Below, piece by piece: positions 43,327 through 59,483 of a stretch of 64,000 bases of DNA. Position numbers and translations under genes: made by a program. Position 1 is the stretch's first letter, and each line of letters opens with the position of its first letter. The stretch lies in the NCBI RefSeq assembly GCF_058153355.1, contig NZ_CM177019.1; one strand, 5' to 3'. The notes under the pieces were generated by a model. It did no database searches and had not been told where the DNA came from. It saw only the letters and a list, made by a program, of their open reading frames with translations.

Positions 43327-43353
43327 AAAACGAGTCCTTCGGGGCTCGTTTTT
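43327..43353 (+). terminator. intrinsic terminator after clpB
   Basis: aaacgagtccttcggggctcgttttt hairpin plus T-run. Confidence 0.5.
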
Positions 43354-43436
43354 GTCTATAAATTAGACGGAAAAGACTATATTCAAGATGTTTTGCCTGA
43401 AAAATGAGCGAACGATAAAGTTTTTATATTTTTCGC

Positions 43437-43464
43437 TTGTCAGGCCGGAATAACTCCCTATAAT
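43437..43464 (+). promoter_or_regulatory. rrn P1 promoter (-35 ttgtca, -10 tataat) with upstream AT-rich UP-like element
   Basis: ttgtca at 43437..43442, tataat at 43459..43464. Confidence 0.6.
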
Positions 43465-43554
43465 GCGCCACCACTGACACGGAACAACGGCAAACACGCC
43501 GCCGGGTCAGCGGGGTTCTCCTGAGAATCTCGACAGAGAAAAGCAAAAAAATGC

Positions 43555-43582
43555 TTGACTCTGTAGCGGGAAAGCGTATTAT
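43555..43582 (+). promoter_or_regulatory. rrn P2 promoter (-35 ttgact, -10 tattat)
   Basis: ttgact at 43555..43560, tattat at 43577..43582. Confidence 0.55.
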
Positions 43583-43620
43583 GCACACCCCGCGCCGCTG
43601 AGAAAAAGCGAAGCGGCACT

Positions 43621-43632
43621 GCTCTTTAACAA
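43621..43632 (+). promoter_or_regulatory. rrn leader boxA antitermination element (gctctttaacaa)
   Basis: exact boxA consensus read directly. Confidence 0.6.
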
Positions 43633-43763
43633 TTTATCAGACAATCTGTGTGGGCACTCGAAGATACGGATTCTTAACGTCGCAAGACGAAAAATGAATA
43701 CCAAGTCTCAAGAGTGAACACGTAATTCATTACGAAGTTTAATTCTTTGAGCATCAAACTTTT

Positions 43764-45305
<1,542 letters not shown>

Positions 45306-45390
45306 CCTTAAAGAACTGTTCTTTGCAGTGCTCACACAGATTGTCTGATAGAAAGTGAAAAGCAAGGCGTCTTGCGAAGCAGACTGATAC

Positions 45391-45466
45391 GTCCCCTTCG
45401 TCTAGAGGCCCAGGACACCGCCCTTTCACGGCGGTAACAGGGGTTCGAATCCCCTAGGGGACGCCA
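45391..45466 (+). tRNA. gltW: tRNA-Glu (spacer tRNA)
   Basis: gtccccttcgtctagaggcccaggacaccgccctttcacggcggtaacaggggttcgaatcccctaggggacgcca; 76 nt. Confidence 0.92.
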
Positions 45467-45660
45467 CTTGCTGGTTTGTGAGTGAAAGTCGCCGACCTTA
45501 ATATCGTTAAAGATGACTTACGAGTCATGTTTAAGATATTTGCTCTTTAAAAATCTGGATCAAGCTGAAAATTGAAACACTGAACAACGAAAGTTGTTCG
45601 TGAGTCTCTCAAATTTTCGCAACACGATGATGAATCGAAAGAAACATCTTCGGGTTGTGA

Positions 45661-48565
<2,905 letters not shown>

Positions 48566-48658
48566 ACAACGCCGAAGGTGTTTTGGCGGATTGAGAGAAG
48601 ATTTTCAGCCTGATACAGATTAAATCAGAACGCAGAAGCGGTCTGATGAAACAGAATT

Positions 48659-48778
48659 TGCCTGGCGGCCTTAGCGCGGTGGTCCCACCTGACCCCATGC
48701 CGAACTCAGAAGTGAAACGCCGTAGCGCCGATGGTAGTGTGGGGTCTCCCCATGCGAGAGTAGGGAACTGCCAGGCAT
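48659..48778 (+). rRNA. rrfG: 5S ribosomal RNA
   Basis: TGCCTGGCGGCCTTAGCGCGGTGGTCCCACCTGACCCCATGCC ... GAACTGCCAGGCAT; 120 nt. Confidence 0.93.
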
Positions 48779-48790
48779 CAAATTAAGCAG

Positions 48791-48817
48791 AAGGCCATCC
48801 GTCAGGATGGCCTTTTT
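48791..48817 (+). terminator. rrn operon intrinsic terminator
   Basis: aaggccatccgtcaggatggccttttt. Confidence 0.65.
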
Positions 48818-48835
48818 GCGCTGGTGCGGAAAAAA

Positions 48836-48875
48836 TGCCGGATGCGACGCTGGCTGCATCTTATCCGTCCTACGC
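48836..48875. repeat. REP-like palindromic element
   Basis: gccggatgcgacgctggctgcatcttatccgtcctac resembles REP consensus. Confidence 0.35.
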
Positions 48876-49102
48876 TCCCACATAAGCCAGATTCAACAGC
48901 GAATACGGCTTCCCCAACTTGCCCACTTCTATACGTCCTCCATACCTGAATTCTATACTGAAGATCCTCAATAACTATTCCCCTGCTAACTAAATTCATG
49001 GTTAAGGTTGCATAATTACATGCAACAAATGTATAACATTTTCTTTGCTAAAAAATAACGATAACCGATAAAGCATCGGATTACGGCAGGAGACATAATG
49101 GC

Positions 49103-50401
49103 ATGGCTGAAAGTACTGTAACGGCAGACAGCAAACTGACAAGTAGTGATACTCGTCGCCGCATTTGGGCAATTGTGGGGGCCTCTTCAGGTAATTTGGT
49201 CGAGTGGTTCGATTTCTATGTCTACTCGTTCTGTTCACTCTACTTCGCCCACATCTTCTTCCCTTCCGGGAACACGACGACTCAACTACTGCAAACAGCA
49301 GGTGTTTTTGCTGCGGGATTTCTGATGCGCCCAATAGGCGGTTGGCTATTTGGCCGCATAGCCGATAAACATGGTCGCAAAAAATCGATGCTATTATCGG
49401 TGTGTATGATGTGTTTCGGCTCACTGGTTATCGCCTGTTTGCCAGGCTACGAAACAATCGGTACCTGGGCTCCGGCATTATTGCTTCTCGCTCGTTTATT
49501 CCAGGGATTATCCGTTGGCGGAGAATATGGCACCAGCGCCACCTATATGAGTGAAGTTGCCGTTGAAGGGCGCAAAGGTTTTTACGCATCATTTCAGTAT
49601 GTGACGTTGATCGGCGGGCAACTGCTAGCTCTACTGGTTGTCGTGGTTTTACAACACACCATGGAAGACGCTGCACTCAGAGAGTGGGGATGGCGTATTC
49701 CTTTCGCGTTAGGAGCTGTGTTAGCTGTTGTGGCGTTGTGGTTACGTCGTCAGTTAGATGAAACTTCACAACAAGAAACACGCGCTTTAAAAGAAGCTGG
49801 ATCTCTAAAAGGATTATGGCGCAATCGCCGTGCATTCATCATGGTTCTCGGTTTTACCGCTGCGGGCTCCCTTTGTTTCTATACCTTCACCACTTATATG
49901 CAGAAGTATCTGGTAAATACTGCGGGAATGCATGCCAACGTGGCGAGTGGCATTATGACTGCCGCATTGTTTGTATTCATGCTTATTCAACCACTTATTG
50001 GCGTGCTGTCGGATAAGATTGGTCGTCGTACCTCAATGTTATGTTTCGGTTCTCTGGCAACCATTTTTACCGTTCCTATTCTCTCAGCATTGCAGAACGT
50101 TTCTTCGCCTTATGCCGCTTTTGGTCTAGTGATGTGCGCCCTGCTGATAGTGAGTTTTTATACTTCAATCAGTGGAATACTGAAGGCTGAAATGTTCCCG
50201 GCCCAGGTTCGCGCATTAGGCGTTGGTCTGTCATATGCGGTCGCCAATGCTATATTTGGTGGTTCGGCGGAGTACGTAGCGTTGTCACTGAAATCAATAG
50301 GAATGGAAACAGCCTTCTTCTGGTATGTGACCTTGATGGCCGTGGTGGCGTTTCTGGTTTCACTAACATTGCACCGTAAAGGAAAAGGGATGCGTCTTTA
50401 G
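49103..50401 (+). CDS. kgtP: alpha-ketoglutarate permease KgtP (MFS)
   Basis: 432-aa [34 protein letters not shown]... Confidence 0.92.
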   Translation: MAESTVTADSKLTSSDTRRRIWAIVGASSGNLVEWFDFYVYSFCSLYFAHIFFPSGNTTTQLLQTAGVFAAGFLMRPIGGWLFGRIADKHGRKKSMLLSVCMMCFGSLVIACLPGYETIGTWAPALLLLARLFQGLSVGGEYGTSATYMSEVAVEGRKGFYASFQYVTLIGGQLLALLVVVVLQHTMEDAALREWGWRIPFALGAVLAVVALWLRRQLDETSQQETRALKEAGSLKGLWRNRRAFIMVLGFTAAGSLCFYTFTTYMQKYLVNTAGMHANVASGIMTAALFVFMLIQPLIGVLSDKIGRRTSMLCFGSLATIFTVPILSALQNVSSPYAAFGLVMCALLIVSFYTSISGILKAEMFPAQVRALGVGLSYAVANAIFGGSAEYVALSLKSIGMETAFFWYVTLMAVVAFLVSLTLHRKGKGMRL

Positions 50402-50721
50402 TGATGCGCCAGTTGCCAGACGGTATAGCCAGTAGTTGCACCGGCGACATCCCAGGTAAAATCTTTCCAGCTCCAGCCGCTCCCCTAGGGGCGGCTATCC
50501 CAAAGTTCTTTTGACGCGCCCAGCCCAACAGAGAACATCAGCCCGAAAGTGGCACTGCGATCGCGACTCATCCCCTGATGCTGTGCATATTCATTTCCGG
50601 CGGCGGAAAGCATCGCCGAGGCGATAAAGTGTTGAGCTTTATCCTGCCCGCTCCAGCTATCGTTAGCCATATGGCTGCATCCAGAAAGTAACAATAGCGA
50701 ACAGACAAAAAGAATACGCAA
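50398..50721 (-). pseudogene. yfiM: yfiM lipoprotein gene with an in-frame amber (TAG) codon after codon 78
   Basis: ORF 50485..50721 stops at TAG inside cccctagggg; the same frame continues [28 protein letters not shown] to a stop at 50398..50400. Confidence 0.6.
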
Positions 50722-50765
50722 AACGTGGCCTCCAAAAACAAACCCCGTACAGGACGGGGTTGTGA

Positions 50766-52124
50766 TTACAGGATGCGGCTAATTAATCGGTCGATGCGGA
50801 TACGGCGCAAACGGCGAATGAGTTTACGAACCTTCACCGGATAATCGGCAATACTTTGCAGATCGCGATAGTGCTTAACGATGGTGGTATGCTCGCGGAT
50901 CAGCTCCAGTTCTTTCTCTCGCTGTGGCGCAAGCTCCAGTTGCGGATCGTGAATCAAAATAGCGTTTTCCAGATCCAGACGCCAGGCGCGCGGGTTCAGG
51001 TTATTACCGGTGAGCAACATCCACTTATCATCAACCCACATCCCTTTCAGGTGATAGGTGTTGTCGTCATCTTTCCATAACCGAACCACTAACTGGTCAG
51101 TGTTGACGTAATACTGTAAACGGCTCAGGAAACGACGCAGATTGATCTCATAGAGATAAGGCAATGCGCCAATTATCTTGAAAGGTTCATCTTCCGGAAT
51201 GTAGAAGTCATTCGCGGTTTTATCACCAACAATAATTTCGACCTTTTTCCCTTCGCGCAGCAACTGGATGATATTGCGCACAAGGATTGCTGGCAGGTTG
51301 AAGTATGGCGTACAGATGGTTAGTTTCTGCTCGGCACAAGGCATAAGGTGGAAAATGGTCTTGTTCAACAGACTCGATTTCCCCAGACCTACCAACGGCG
51401 TTACGGAAAGCTGATCGTTGTCAGCATCGCCCTGGAAATGATAAGCGGCATCACGCAGCTCCTGGCGGAACAGACGAATATCGTTCTTGATTTCCGGGCT
51501 TTTTGGCCGATTAACATCATCCAGACGATTAACGCCGCGGCCATTCATAATATTCTGTGTAACCCATTCAAACATAATGTCTGACATCTTACGGTTACGG
51601 ATCAGATGATAACGGTCGTAGCGATATTTATCGTGCTGATGCAGGTAAACATCGTTCAGGCTGGCACCGCTATAAAGTACGCTATCGTCGATGATAAAGC
51701 CTTTAAAGTGCAGAACACCAAGGGCCTCACGGGTATTGATTGGAACGCCATAAACTGGAACATCTACGCCCGGATTTTCCTGTGCCATGCGGCAGTACCA
51801 GTCAGCGTTAGTGTTAGATGCCGCAGCGCCAATGCGTCCACGTTGTGCACGATGCCAGTCGACCAGCACCCGTACATCCAGTTCCGGACGCTGCCGTTTA
51901 GCCTCATACAACGCGTTCAGAATGCCTTTGCCACCGTCATCCTGTTCGAGATACAGGGCGACAATGCAAATGCGCTGCTTCGCGCTGGCTATTTTTTCCA
52001 GCAGCGTCTCCCGGAAGTCGGCGGGAGCGTAAAAGAAATCGACATCATCAACTGATTGAGAAATCTTGGGTAGTTGGGCAAGGTGTTGTTGATGTTTATT
52101 ACGCTTAAATTTTGACAACATCAC
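50766..52124 (-). CDS. pssA: phosphatidylserine synthase PssA
   Basis: 452-aa ORF (M)[16 protein letters not shown]...; two HKD-like regions. Confidence 0.92.
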   Translation of the reverse strand: MMLSKFKRNKHQQHLAQLPKISQSVDDVDFFYAPADFRETLLEKIASAKQRICIVALYLEQDDGGKGILNALYEAKRQRPELDVRVLVDWHRAQRGRIGAAASNTNADWYCRMAQENPGVDVPVYGVPINTREALGVLHFKGFIIDDSVLYSGASLNDVYLHQHDKYRYDRYHLIRNRKMSDIMFEWVTQNIMNGRGVNRLDDVNRPKSPEIKNDIRLFRQELRDAAYHFQGDADNDQLSVTPLVGLGKSSLLNKTIFHLMPCAEQKLTICTPYFNLPAILVRNIIQLLREGKKVEIIVGDKTANDFYIPEDEPFKIIGALPYLYEINLRRFLSRLQYYVNTDQLVVRLWKDDDNTYHLKGMWVDDKWMLLTGNNLNPRAWRLDLENAILIHDPQLELAPQREKELELIREHTTIVKHYRDLQSIADYPVKVRKLIRRLRRIRIDRLISRIL

Positions 52125-52234
52125 AGTGCATTTCTTCTCTGTTCATTGAAGGGTCCTCTGTGCAATGCAGACGACATAAGCGGGCAATAATAACACCAGT
52201 CCCGATTAAGTGGTCAACATTTCCAGTACCTTAC

Positions 52235-54895
52235 TCATGATTCCTCGCGTTGGGCAAGATTTAGCGTAAGCCCAACGATCCCCTCTTCGAGCTGGATATC
52301 AACGTTAAACCCGAGCTTGCGGGCCAGCGCCACCATGCCACGATTGTTTGGCATCGTAATACCATTCAGACGTTGCAGTCCGTGATCTCGCGTATAGGTA
52401 ATCAACTTTTCCATTAAGCGTCGACCTAAGCCTAACCCTTTGAGATCCGAGCGAACCAGCACGGCAAATTCGGCATCGATGTTATCAGGATCGGAGATCG
52501 CACGCGTGACGCCGAGGATCTCTTCCGTTTGATCAATACGTCGTACCGCTACAAATGCCATTTCCCGATCGTAGTCGATCTGCGTCATGTTGGCTAAATC
52601 TTCATGGGTAAATTCGTTGATCTCGCTAAAGTAGCGGTAATAAAGATCTTCTTTGGTGACTCGCGAAATGAACTGCTGAAGTTGTGGCTCATCTTCTGGC
52701 AAAATCGGGCGGAACAAGCAGCGTTCACCGTTTTTCAATTCTACCCACTCTTCCAGCTGATGTGGATAAGGGCGCACTGCCAGCCGGCTCTCGTTATCGC
52801 CTTCAAACGGCGCGATATCCAGCGTGACATCCAGCGCGGTAAATTCACTGCCAGAAGCCAGCAAAGGATGAATATCCAGACGTTGAATCTCCGGACAATC
52901 GACAATCAAGTTAGAAACCTGCACCAGTAACTGGCTTAATCCCGCCACATCCAGCGGGCGTAGCGCACTACGCGCACGAATCTTTTTACTTTTGATCCCC
53001 TGAATGACCAGATAACGTGCCAGGTTCATGTTCAGCGGCGGTAGTGCGACGACGGCTTGATCTTCAGGACGCCACTCCACACCGCCTTCGCCCAGCATGA
53101 TCAACGGTCCGAAAACCGGATCGTGCTCAACCACTACTCGCAACTCCTGAGCGCCAGCACGGTTAGCCATACTTTGTACCAACAGGCCGTGGATACGCGC
53201 CTGCGGCCAGGCCATTTTTACGCGATCGAAAATAGCATTTGCGGCTTGCTGGACTTCATTGGCTGTACGCAAGTAGAGCATGACGCCCTGAACTTCTGAT
53301 TTATGTGGAATATCCGGCGAGCGTAATTTTAGTGCCACCGGATAACCAATCTGTTCGGCAATATGCACAGCCTCGGTGCTGTCAGTGGCAATCCAGGTGG
53401 GAAGTGTGTTCATGCCGTACGCTTGCAGGATAGGCTGAACTTCATGGGTATCGAGCGAAGTAGCCCCTTCGACAATGGCCTGTTGCAACAGAAGATGCGC
53501 TTCTGCGGTATTAGAGGTCAGATTGCTGGGCAACGCCGGCGTTTCGCGTAGTTGCTTCTGATTACGCCGGTACTCCACCATATGCATAAAAGCGGTGATG
53601 GTTCCTTCCGGGGTGCGGTAGGTCGGCAGCCCGGCTTCGCTGAATAATCGTCGTGCCTCTTGCGAGGAGTGCTCGCCACACCAGTTCGTCAGCAGAGAAA
53701 CATACTTGCTGCGGGGATGATGCTTTACCGCTTCAATTAATGCATGCGCGCTTTCTGTTGCGGGAGCAGCGGCGCTGGGCGAATGAATAACCATCAGCGC
53801 ATCAAAATCCTGACTGTGGAGCAGAATATCCAGCGTTTTAATATAATGCTCGCTGCTGGCGTCATCGCGCAGATCGAGCGGGTTAGAGATTGCTACATGT
53901 TCTGGCAGCGTATCGCGTAGCTTCTGGCAGGTTTCTTCGCTTAGCGTTGCCAGCTTGCCATTGCGTGACCATAAGGCATCCAGCGCCAGCGCGGCAGGCG
54001 CGGCACCGTTGCTGATAATCATCAGCCGATCGCCACGCAGCGGGCGCATATGGCTAAGGGTTTCCACTGCCGAAAACAGTTCGTGGGTATCCTGTACCCG
54101 CAACAAACCGGCGCGCTGAATAGCTGCATCCCAGGCAGGATCCATTCCTGCAGTGGTGTTCAGTAGTCGTTGCGCAGCCGGGCTACGTCCACTTTTAATC
54201 ACCAGAATAGGTTTATTACGTGAGGCGCTACGTGCAGCCGAAACAAAACGTCGCGCATCACTTAATTGTTCGAGGTAGAGCAGGATTGCACTGGTTTTGC
54301 TGTCGCGCGCCAGATAATCGAGCAATTCATCAACGTCGATATCCAGGCTGTCGCCGAGAGCAATAAAGTAGGAAAAGCCCATTTCCCGCTGTTGTGCCCA
54401 GTCGAGGATGGTATTGGAGACGGCGGCAGACTGCGAAATAAACGCCAGTTTGCCGCGTTTAATCGGTACAGGCGAAAAGCTGGCATTCAGGCCTTGCCAG
54501 GGGGCCAGTAATCCCAGACTGTTTGGCCCCAGCAGACGCATGTTATGGCGCAGGGCGCAGGCGCGGAGATCTTCGTGTTGCGATGCCGGGGCGGAAAGAA
54601 TAATGCAGGTTTTACAGCCTTTCTCGCCGAGCTCTTCCAGAAGCGCCAGATTGCGGCTGGCATTGGTACACAGTACAGCAAGGTCGGGTGTAAATGGCAG
54701 ACTGGCGATATCCGGCCAGGCCAACACACCCAACACCGCTTTCCAGGCTGGCGTCACCGGTAACACCGGTCCGTTAAAGCCTCCCGCCAGCAGGTTACGC
54801 ATCATCAGGTAACCAGCGCGATTAGGTTTCATCGATGCGCCAATTACCGCTATTGATTTTGGTCGCAGTAGTGCTTCCAGTCCTCGCTGACTCAT
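52235..54895 (-). CDS. patZ: protein lysine acetyltransferase PatZ (YfiQ/Pka)
   Basis: 886-aa ORF; CoA-ligase-like N-region plus C-terminal GNAT. Confidence 0.92.
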   Translation of the reverse strand: MSQRGLEALLRPKSIAVIGASMKPNRAGYLMMRNLLAGGFNGPVLPVTPAWKAVLGVLAWPDIASLPFTPDLAVLCTNASRNLALLEELGEKGCKTCIILSAPASQHEDLRACALRHNMRLLGPNSLGLLAPWQGLNASFSPVPIKRGKLAFISQSAAVSNTILDWAQQREMGFSYFIALGDSLDIDVDELLDYLARDSKTSAILLYLEQLSDARRFVSAARSASRNKPILVIKSGRSPAAQRLLNTTAGMDPAWDAAIQRAGLLRVQDTHELFSAVETLSHMRPLRGDRLMIISNGAAPAALALDALWSRNGKLATLSEETCQKLRDTLPEHVAISNPLDLRDDASSEHYIKTLDILLHSQDFDALMVIHSPSAAAPATESAHALIEAVKHHPRSKYVSLLTNWCGEHSSQEARRLFSEAGLPTYRTPEGTITAFMHMVEYRRNQKQLRETPALPSNLTSNTAEAHLLLQQAIVEGATSLDTHEVQPILQAYGMNTLPTWIATDSTEAVHIAEQIGYPVALKLRSPDIPHKSEVQGVMLYLRTANEVQQAANAIFDRVKMAWPQARIHGLLVQSMANRAGAQELRVVVEHDPVFGPLIMLGEGGVEWRPEDQAVVALPPLNMNLARYLVIQGIKSKKIRARSALRPLDVAGLSQLLVQVSNLIVDCPEIQRLDIHPLLASGSEFTALDVTLDIAPFEGDNESRLAVRPYPHQLEEWVELKNGERCLFRPILPEDEPQLQQFISRVTKEDLYYRYFSEINEFTHEDLANMTQIDYDREMAFVAVRRIDQTEEILGVTRAISDPDNIDAEFAVLVRSDLKGLGLGRRLMEKLITYTRDHGLQRLNGITMPNNRGMVALARKLGFNVDIQLEEGIVGLTLNLAQREES

Positions 54896-54926
54896 ACCAG
54901 CCTCCCGCAGAAGTGACTGAATGATT

Positions 54927-55625
54927 TTAAATGCTTTCTAACTGTTCTGCTGTGATGCTACCCAGATGTTGCGTTTTTCCTGCCAGATAGCGTGTTTTAA
55001 AGCGAGTGAAATGCTCGCCTAAGCTAGCCGCAGCTCCAGTATCGCCGGCCATATCTAACAGTGCGATGGCTACCTCGGCAGTACAATATTGGCCTTCAGC
55101 CTGGGCTTCACGCAGGCGATAGGCAGAAAGCCGGGAAAGATCGACGGAAATGACGGGAAGATTATCCAGATACGGACTTTTACGAAACATCTTGCGAGCT
55201 TCAGGCCAGGTACCATCGAGCATGATAAATAGCGGAGGCTTACCGGCAGGTGGTGTGAAGATCACTTCCCGTTGCTCATCAGCATACGAGGCGGGAAAGA
55301 CCACCATTGGCTGATAGTCCGGGTTTTGTACCAGATCCAGCAAATCTAGCGAGGGTTCGGTACGCGACCATTGAAACGCAACGGTATCAGGCAAAATATC
55401 AGCAATCAGACGCCCGGTATTACTGGGCTTCATTGGCTCGGTGTCGAACATCAGCAAACAGAAGCGACTTTTTGCTTGTGCTGGGGTAATTGTCGAACAG
55501 AGACATAATTTCTCTGGTAAAAGGCAGCGTTGGCAGCGACGAACGCGATTACCGCGGGCAAGAAAAGGACGTGTTGCGCGCGCAATACGCTCGGCGCGTA
55601 ACTGGAGAACAGCGTTTTCGGTCAT
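54927..55625 (-). CDS. yfiP: tRNA-uridine aminocarboxypropyltransferase (YfiP/TapT, DTW domain)
   Basis: 232-aa ORF with CxxC...C region and DTW motif (MLDGTW). Confidence 0.85.
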   Translation of the reverse strand: MTENAVLQLRAERIARATRPFLARGNRVRRCQRCLLPEKLCLCSTITPAQAKSRFCLLMFDTEPMKPSNTGRLIADILPDTVAFQWSRTEPSLDLLDLVQNPDYQPMVVFPASYADEQREVIFTPPAGKPPLFIMLDGTWPEARKMFRKSPYLDNLPVISVDLSRLSAYRLREAQAEGQYCTAEVAIALLDMAGDTGAAASLGEHFTRFKTRYLAGKTQHLGSITAEQLESI

Positions 55626-55694
55626 AAGAGAGCGTCGAAAAAAACGCCATTGTCGCAGAGGAGAAAACGGGGCACAAGATGCACCCCGACAAGA

Positions 55695-56114
55695 TTAAAG
55701 CGATTCGTTCAGCCAGCTATCGAAAGGTGCTTTTGGTACTGCGCCATTAAGCATGTCGACAACCTGACCGTTTTTGAAAATCATGATTGTCGGAATGCTA
55801 CGAATACCAAAGCGGCTGCTTAATTCACGTTCAGCTTCGGTATTCACTTTCACAAAGCGCACTTTACCGCTACGCTCTTGCGCAACATCTTCAAAAATTG
55901 GTGCGAAATTACGGCAGGGGCCGCACCACGGTGCCCAGAAGTCGATCACCACAGGCAGATCATCTTTCAGCAATTTATCGAGCGTTTCACCGGTCGCATT
56001 AATCACCTCTCCGTCAAACAAGTCGTGACCGCAGCGTCCGCATTTTGCCGCATCTTCGATCCGATCGTCGGGAATGCGATTGATGGCCTGACAATGGGTA
56101 CAAACGGTATTCAT
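55695..56114 (-). CDS. trxC: thioredoxin 2
   Basis: 139-aa ORF; N-terminal zinc-finger cysteines; WCGPC active site. Confidence 0.92.
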
Positions 56115-56320
56115 AACTAACCTCGGGATGAGTAAGGAGACTTATCGGCAACGACGCCGGTATGTTTCTAATATGTTACATATTATCGGGGACATTGTTC
56201 CAGACAACAATCTGTTTTATTCAATAGGTATGATAGTCGCAGGCTTTGGTACGAAATCATGGCGAACCGCGCGCACTTCGGGTAATCTGCGCGCTTCGCG
56301 CAGCGCTGGTGGAGAAAAGC

Positions 56321-57358
56321 ATGAACGATGAGATGAAAGGTAAAAGCGGCAAGGTCAAAGTGATGTATGTCCGCAGTGATGATGATTCTGATAAACGTAC
56401 CCACAACCCGCGTACCGGGAAAGGGGGCGGGCGTCCAGGAAAATCTCGTGCTGACGGTGGCCGTCGCCCCGCCCGCGATGACAAACAAAGTCAGCCCCGT
56501 GACCGCAAGTGGGAAGAGTCTCCGTGGCGCACGGTTTCCCGCGCACCGGGTGATGAGACGCCGGAAAAGGCCGATCACGGTGGCATCAGTGGTAAAAGTT
56601 TTATTGATCCGGAAGTTTTGCGTCGTCAGCGTGCGGAAGAAACCCGCGTCTACGGCGAAAACGCCTGTCAGGCACTGTTCCAGAGCCGCCCCGAAGCGAT
56701 TGTTCGCGCCTGGTTTATTCAGAGCGTAACGCCACGTTTTAAAGAAGCATTGCGCTGGATGGCGGCAAACCGCAAAGCGTATCATGTGGTGGATGAAGCG
56801 GAACTGACCAAAGCGTCAGGCACGGAACATCACGGCGGCGTTTGCTTCCTGATCAAAAAGCGTAACGGTACAACCGTGCAGCAGTGGGTAAGTCAGGCAG
56901 GTGCGCAGGATTGTGTACTGGCACTGGAAAACGAATCTAACCCGCATAACCTGGGCGGCATGATGCGCAGTTGCGCACACTTCGGCGTGAAAGGCGTTGT
57001 GGTGCAGGATGCGGCGTTGCTGGAATCCGGTGCGGCTATCCGTACCGCAGAAGGCGGTGCAGAGCATGTCCAGCCGATTACTGGCGACAACATTGTTAAC
57101 GTGCTGGATGACTTCCGCCAGGCGGGTTACACCGTAGTGACCACCTCCAGCGAGCAGGGTAAACCGCTGTTCAAAACCAGTCTGCCAGAGAAAATGGTGC
57201 TGGTGCTGGGTCAGGAATATGAAGGGTTACCGGATGCCGCACGCGATCCGAACGATTTGCGCGTGAAGATTGACGGAACTGGGAATGTTGCCGGGCTGAA
57301 TATCTCTGTTGCAACCGGCGTTTTGCTTGGCGAATGGTGGCGTCAGAACAAAGCCTGA
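56321..57358 (+). CDS. yfiF: SpoU-family RNA methyltransferase YfiF
   Basis: 345-aa product from [17 protein letters not shown]...; ORF track extends upstream. Confidence 0.85.
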   Translation: MNDEMKGKSGKVKVMYVRSDDDSDKRTHNPRTGKGGGRPGKSRADGGRRPARDDKQSQPRDRKWEESPWRTVSRAPGDETPEKADHGGISGKSFIDPEVLRRQRAEETRVYGENACQALFQSRPEAIVRAWFIQSVTPRFKEALRWMAANRKAYHVVDEAELTKASGTEHHGGVCFLIKKRNGTTVQQWVSQAGAQDCVLALENESNPHNLGGMMRSCAHFGVKGVVVQDAALLESGAAIRTAEGGAEHVQPITGDNIVNVLDDFRQAGYTVVTTSSEQGKPLFKTSLPEKMVLVLGQEYEGLPDAARDPNDLRVKIDGTGNVAGLNISVATGVLLGEWWRQNKA

Positions 57359-57405
57359 TAAATCAGCCGGGTGGCAATTCTGCCATCCGGCGTTTTCCCT
57401 CAAAT

Positions 57406-58095
57406 TTACTCACTCTCTGCCGGTAATACTGGCATCCAGTCAATCGGTTTCTCGCCACGTTGTTCCAGCCACTGATTTGCCAGCACAAAATGATTGCAGC
57501 CAAAGAATCCACGATGTGCAGAAAGCGGCGATGGATGCGGCGCTTTCAGTACGTGATGGCGTTGCTTATCTATAATCGCCCCTTTCTTTTGCGCATGTGA
57601 TCCCCACAACAAAAACACCACGCCTTCGCGGTGCTGGTTAATCAGGCTGATGACTTTGTCGGTGAAGGTCTCCCAACCGAGGCTGGCGTGGGAATGCGCC
57701 TGACCTGCGCGAACCGTCAAGACGGTATTGAGCAGCAAAACGCCCTGACGCGCCCAGCTCTCAAGATAACCATGACCAGGGCGGGTAAAGCCGGGAATGG
57801 TATTTTCCAACTCTTTATACATATTCAGTAATGACGGAGGAATAGCGATTCCGGGACGAACAGAAAATGCCAGACCATGCGCTTGTCCGGGGCCATGATA
57901 GGGGTCCTGACCGAGGATCACGACTTTGACATCGCCCAACTCGGTAAAGCGAAAGGCGTTAAAGACATCTTTTTGTGGTGGATAGATAGTGATGCCGGAC
58001 TGCCGCTCGCTGGCGACGGTTTGAAGGGTATTAAGGAAATAGGGTTGCTGCTTCTCTTCAGCCAGCACGTCATGCCAGGTTAATTCGTTAGCCAT
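57406..58095 (-). CDS. ung: uracil-DNA glycosylase
   Basis: 229-aa ORF; ILGQDPYH motif. Confidence 0.93.
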   Translation of the reverse strand: MANELTWHDVLAEEKQQPYFLNTLQTVASERQSGITIYPPQKDVFNAFRFTELGDVKVVILGQDPYHGPGQAHGLAFSVRPGIAIPPSLLNMYKELENTIPGFTRPGHGYLESWARQGVLLLNTVLTVRAGQAHSHASLGWETFTDKVISLINQHREGVVFLLWGSHAQKKGAIIDKQRHHVLKAPHPSPLSAHRGFFGCNHFVLANQWLEQRGEKPIDWMPVLPAESE

Positions 58096-58399
58096 CTCGC
58101 TCTCCTGCGAATCTTCAATCCGCCTAGCTTAACTGCTTCTTTCTACAGAACAAAACCAGGCTCGTTTTTTAGCCAAAAACACGTGAAAAAAAATGTAAAT
58201 TGGTAAAATTTCACACCCGTATAAGTTGATGTAAAACAATAAAATCCATTTGCGACCACACTTGATGCGTGGTTTTTATTGATTTAAATCAAAGAATCAA
58301 GGGTGTTTGAGGAGTATATATACACTCAAGCAACAATGGTTTTACCAATTGGCCGCGACAGGCTAATCAAATCAAATAATTTTGCCGGGGAGGCATCAC

Positions 58400-58783
58400 A
58401 TGATTACAGGTATCCAGATTACTAAAGCTGCTAATGACGATCTGCTGAACTCTTTCTGGCTGCTGGACAGCGAAAAAGGCGAAGCGCGTTGCATCGTTGC
58501 GAAAGCAGGTTTTGCAGAAGACGAAGTGGTTGCAGTAAGCAAACTGGGTGACATTGAATACCGTGAAGTTCCAGTAGAAGTTAAACCAGAAGTTCGCGTT
58601 GAAGGTGGTCAGCACCTGAACGTAAACGTTCTGCGTCGTGAAACTCTGGAAGATGCAGTTAAGCATCCGGAAAAATATCCGCAGCTGACCATCCGTGTAT
58701 CCGGTTATGCAGTTCGCTTTAACTCTCTGACTCCGGAACAGCAGCGCGATGTTATTGCTCGTACCTTTACTGAAAGCCTGTAA
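58400..58783 (+). CDS. grcA: autonomous glycyl radical cofactor GrcA (YfiD)
   Basis: 127-aa product from [16 protein letters not shown]...; RVSGY glycyl-radical motif. Confidence 0.92.
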
Positions 58784-58838
58784 GGTTTAAGTAGCAAGTT
58801 ACTAAGCGGAAGAGGGCGACCTCTTCCGCTTTTTTTCA

Positions 58839-59426
58839 TTAACAGAAAATGCGCACTGCGCAATAGACCAGCAACAACGCCAGCACGATATTTAACTGGC
58901 GACCATACTGGCGAAACAATCGCTGAAACAGATGCCCCGCCAGCGCCCAGCACACATTGCCAAAGGTCCCAATCATTGCCAGCAAAACGCTGACGCCAAT
59001 CACCCAGCTTAACGCCTGCGTTTGTGGCAGGACAAATGTCGACAGTGCTGTAATGCCGTACAAAATAATTTTGACGTTCACAAACTGCAAAGCAAAGCTG
59101 GCCCAGAAGCTGATCGGTTTGGCCTGAAGTCCGTCTTCCTTAGTTGGACTGGTAGCGATTTTCCATGCCAGCCAGACAATATATGCTGCTCCTGCCCAAC
59201 TCAAAAGGTGCACCGCTGCCGGGTCGATAACAGCCAGTGAAAATGAAATTCCTGCACACAGTAACATCACAATCAAAAATCCCAGACTCATCCCTGCCAG
59301 CACGCGGGTACTCCGACGAAATCCATGCGACGTGGCAGAGCTAAGAGCGAGTATATTGTTTGGTCCTGGCGTCAGGGCGGTAATCAGGGTGTAGGTCCAA
59401 AAAGCACTTAAAAGGGTCGGTGTCAC
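58839..59426 (-). CDS. eamB: cysteine/O-acetylserine exporter EamB (YfiK, LysE family)
   Basis: 195-aa hydrophobic ORF. Confidence 0.85.
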   Translation of the reverse strand: MTPTLLSAFWTYTLITALTPGPNNILALSSATSHGFRRSTRVLAGMSLGFLIVMLLCAGISFSLAVIDPAAVHLLSWAGAAYIVWLAWKIATSPTKEDGLQAKPISFWASFALQFVNVKIILYGITALSTFVLPQTQALSWVIGVSVLLAMIGTFGNVCWALAGHLFQRLFRQYGRQLNIVLALLLVYCAVRIFC

Positions 59427-59483
59427 TTGTTATCTCCTCTGTTTTGGTAGACAGTACCCGACACGAAACATTTAAAAAAATGA

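Noticed and set aside
50250-50528. 92-aa minus-strand ORF overlapping the kgtP 3' end and yfiM
   Set aside because: Out of frame with yfiM and antisense to kgtP; the yfiM frame with its internal amber codon explains the region better
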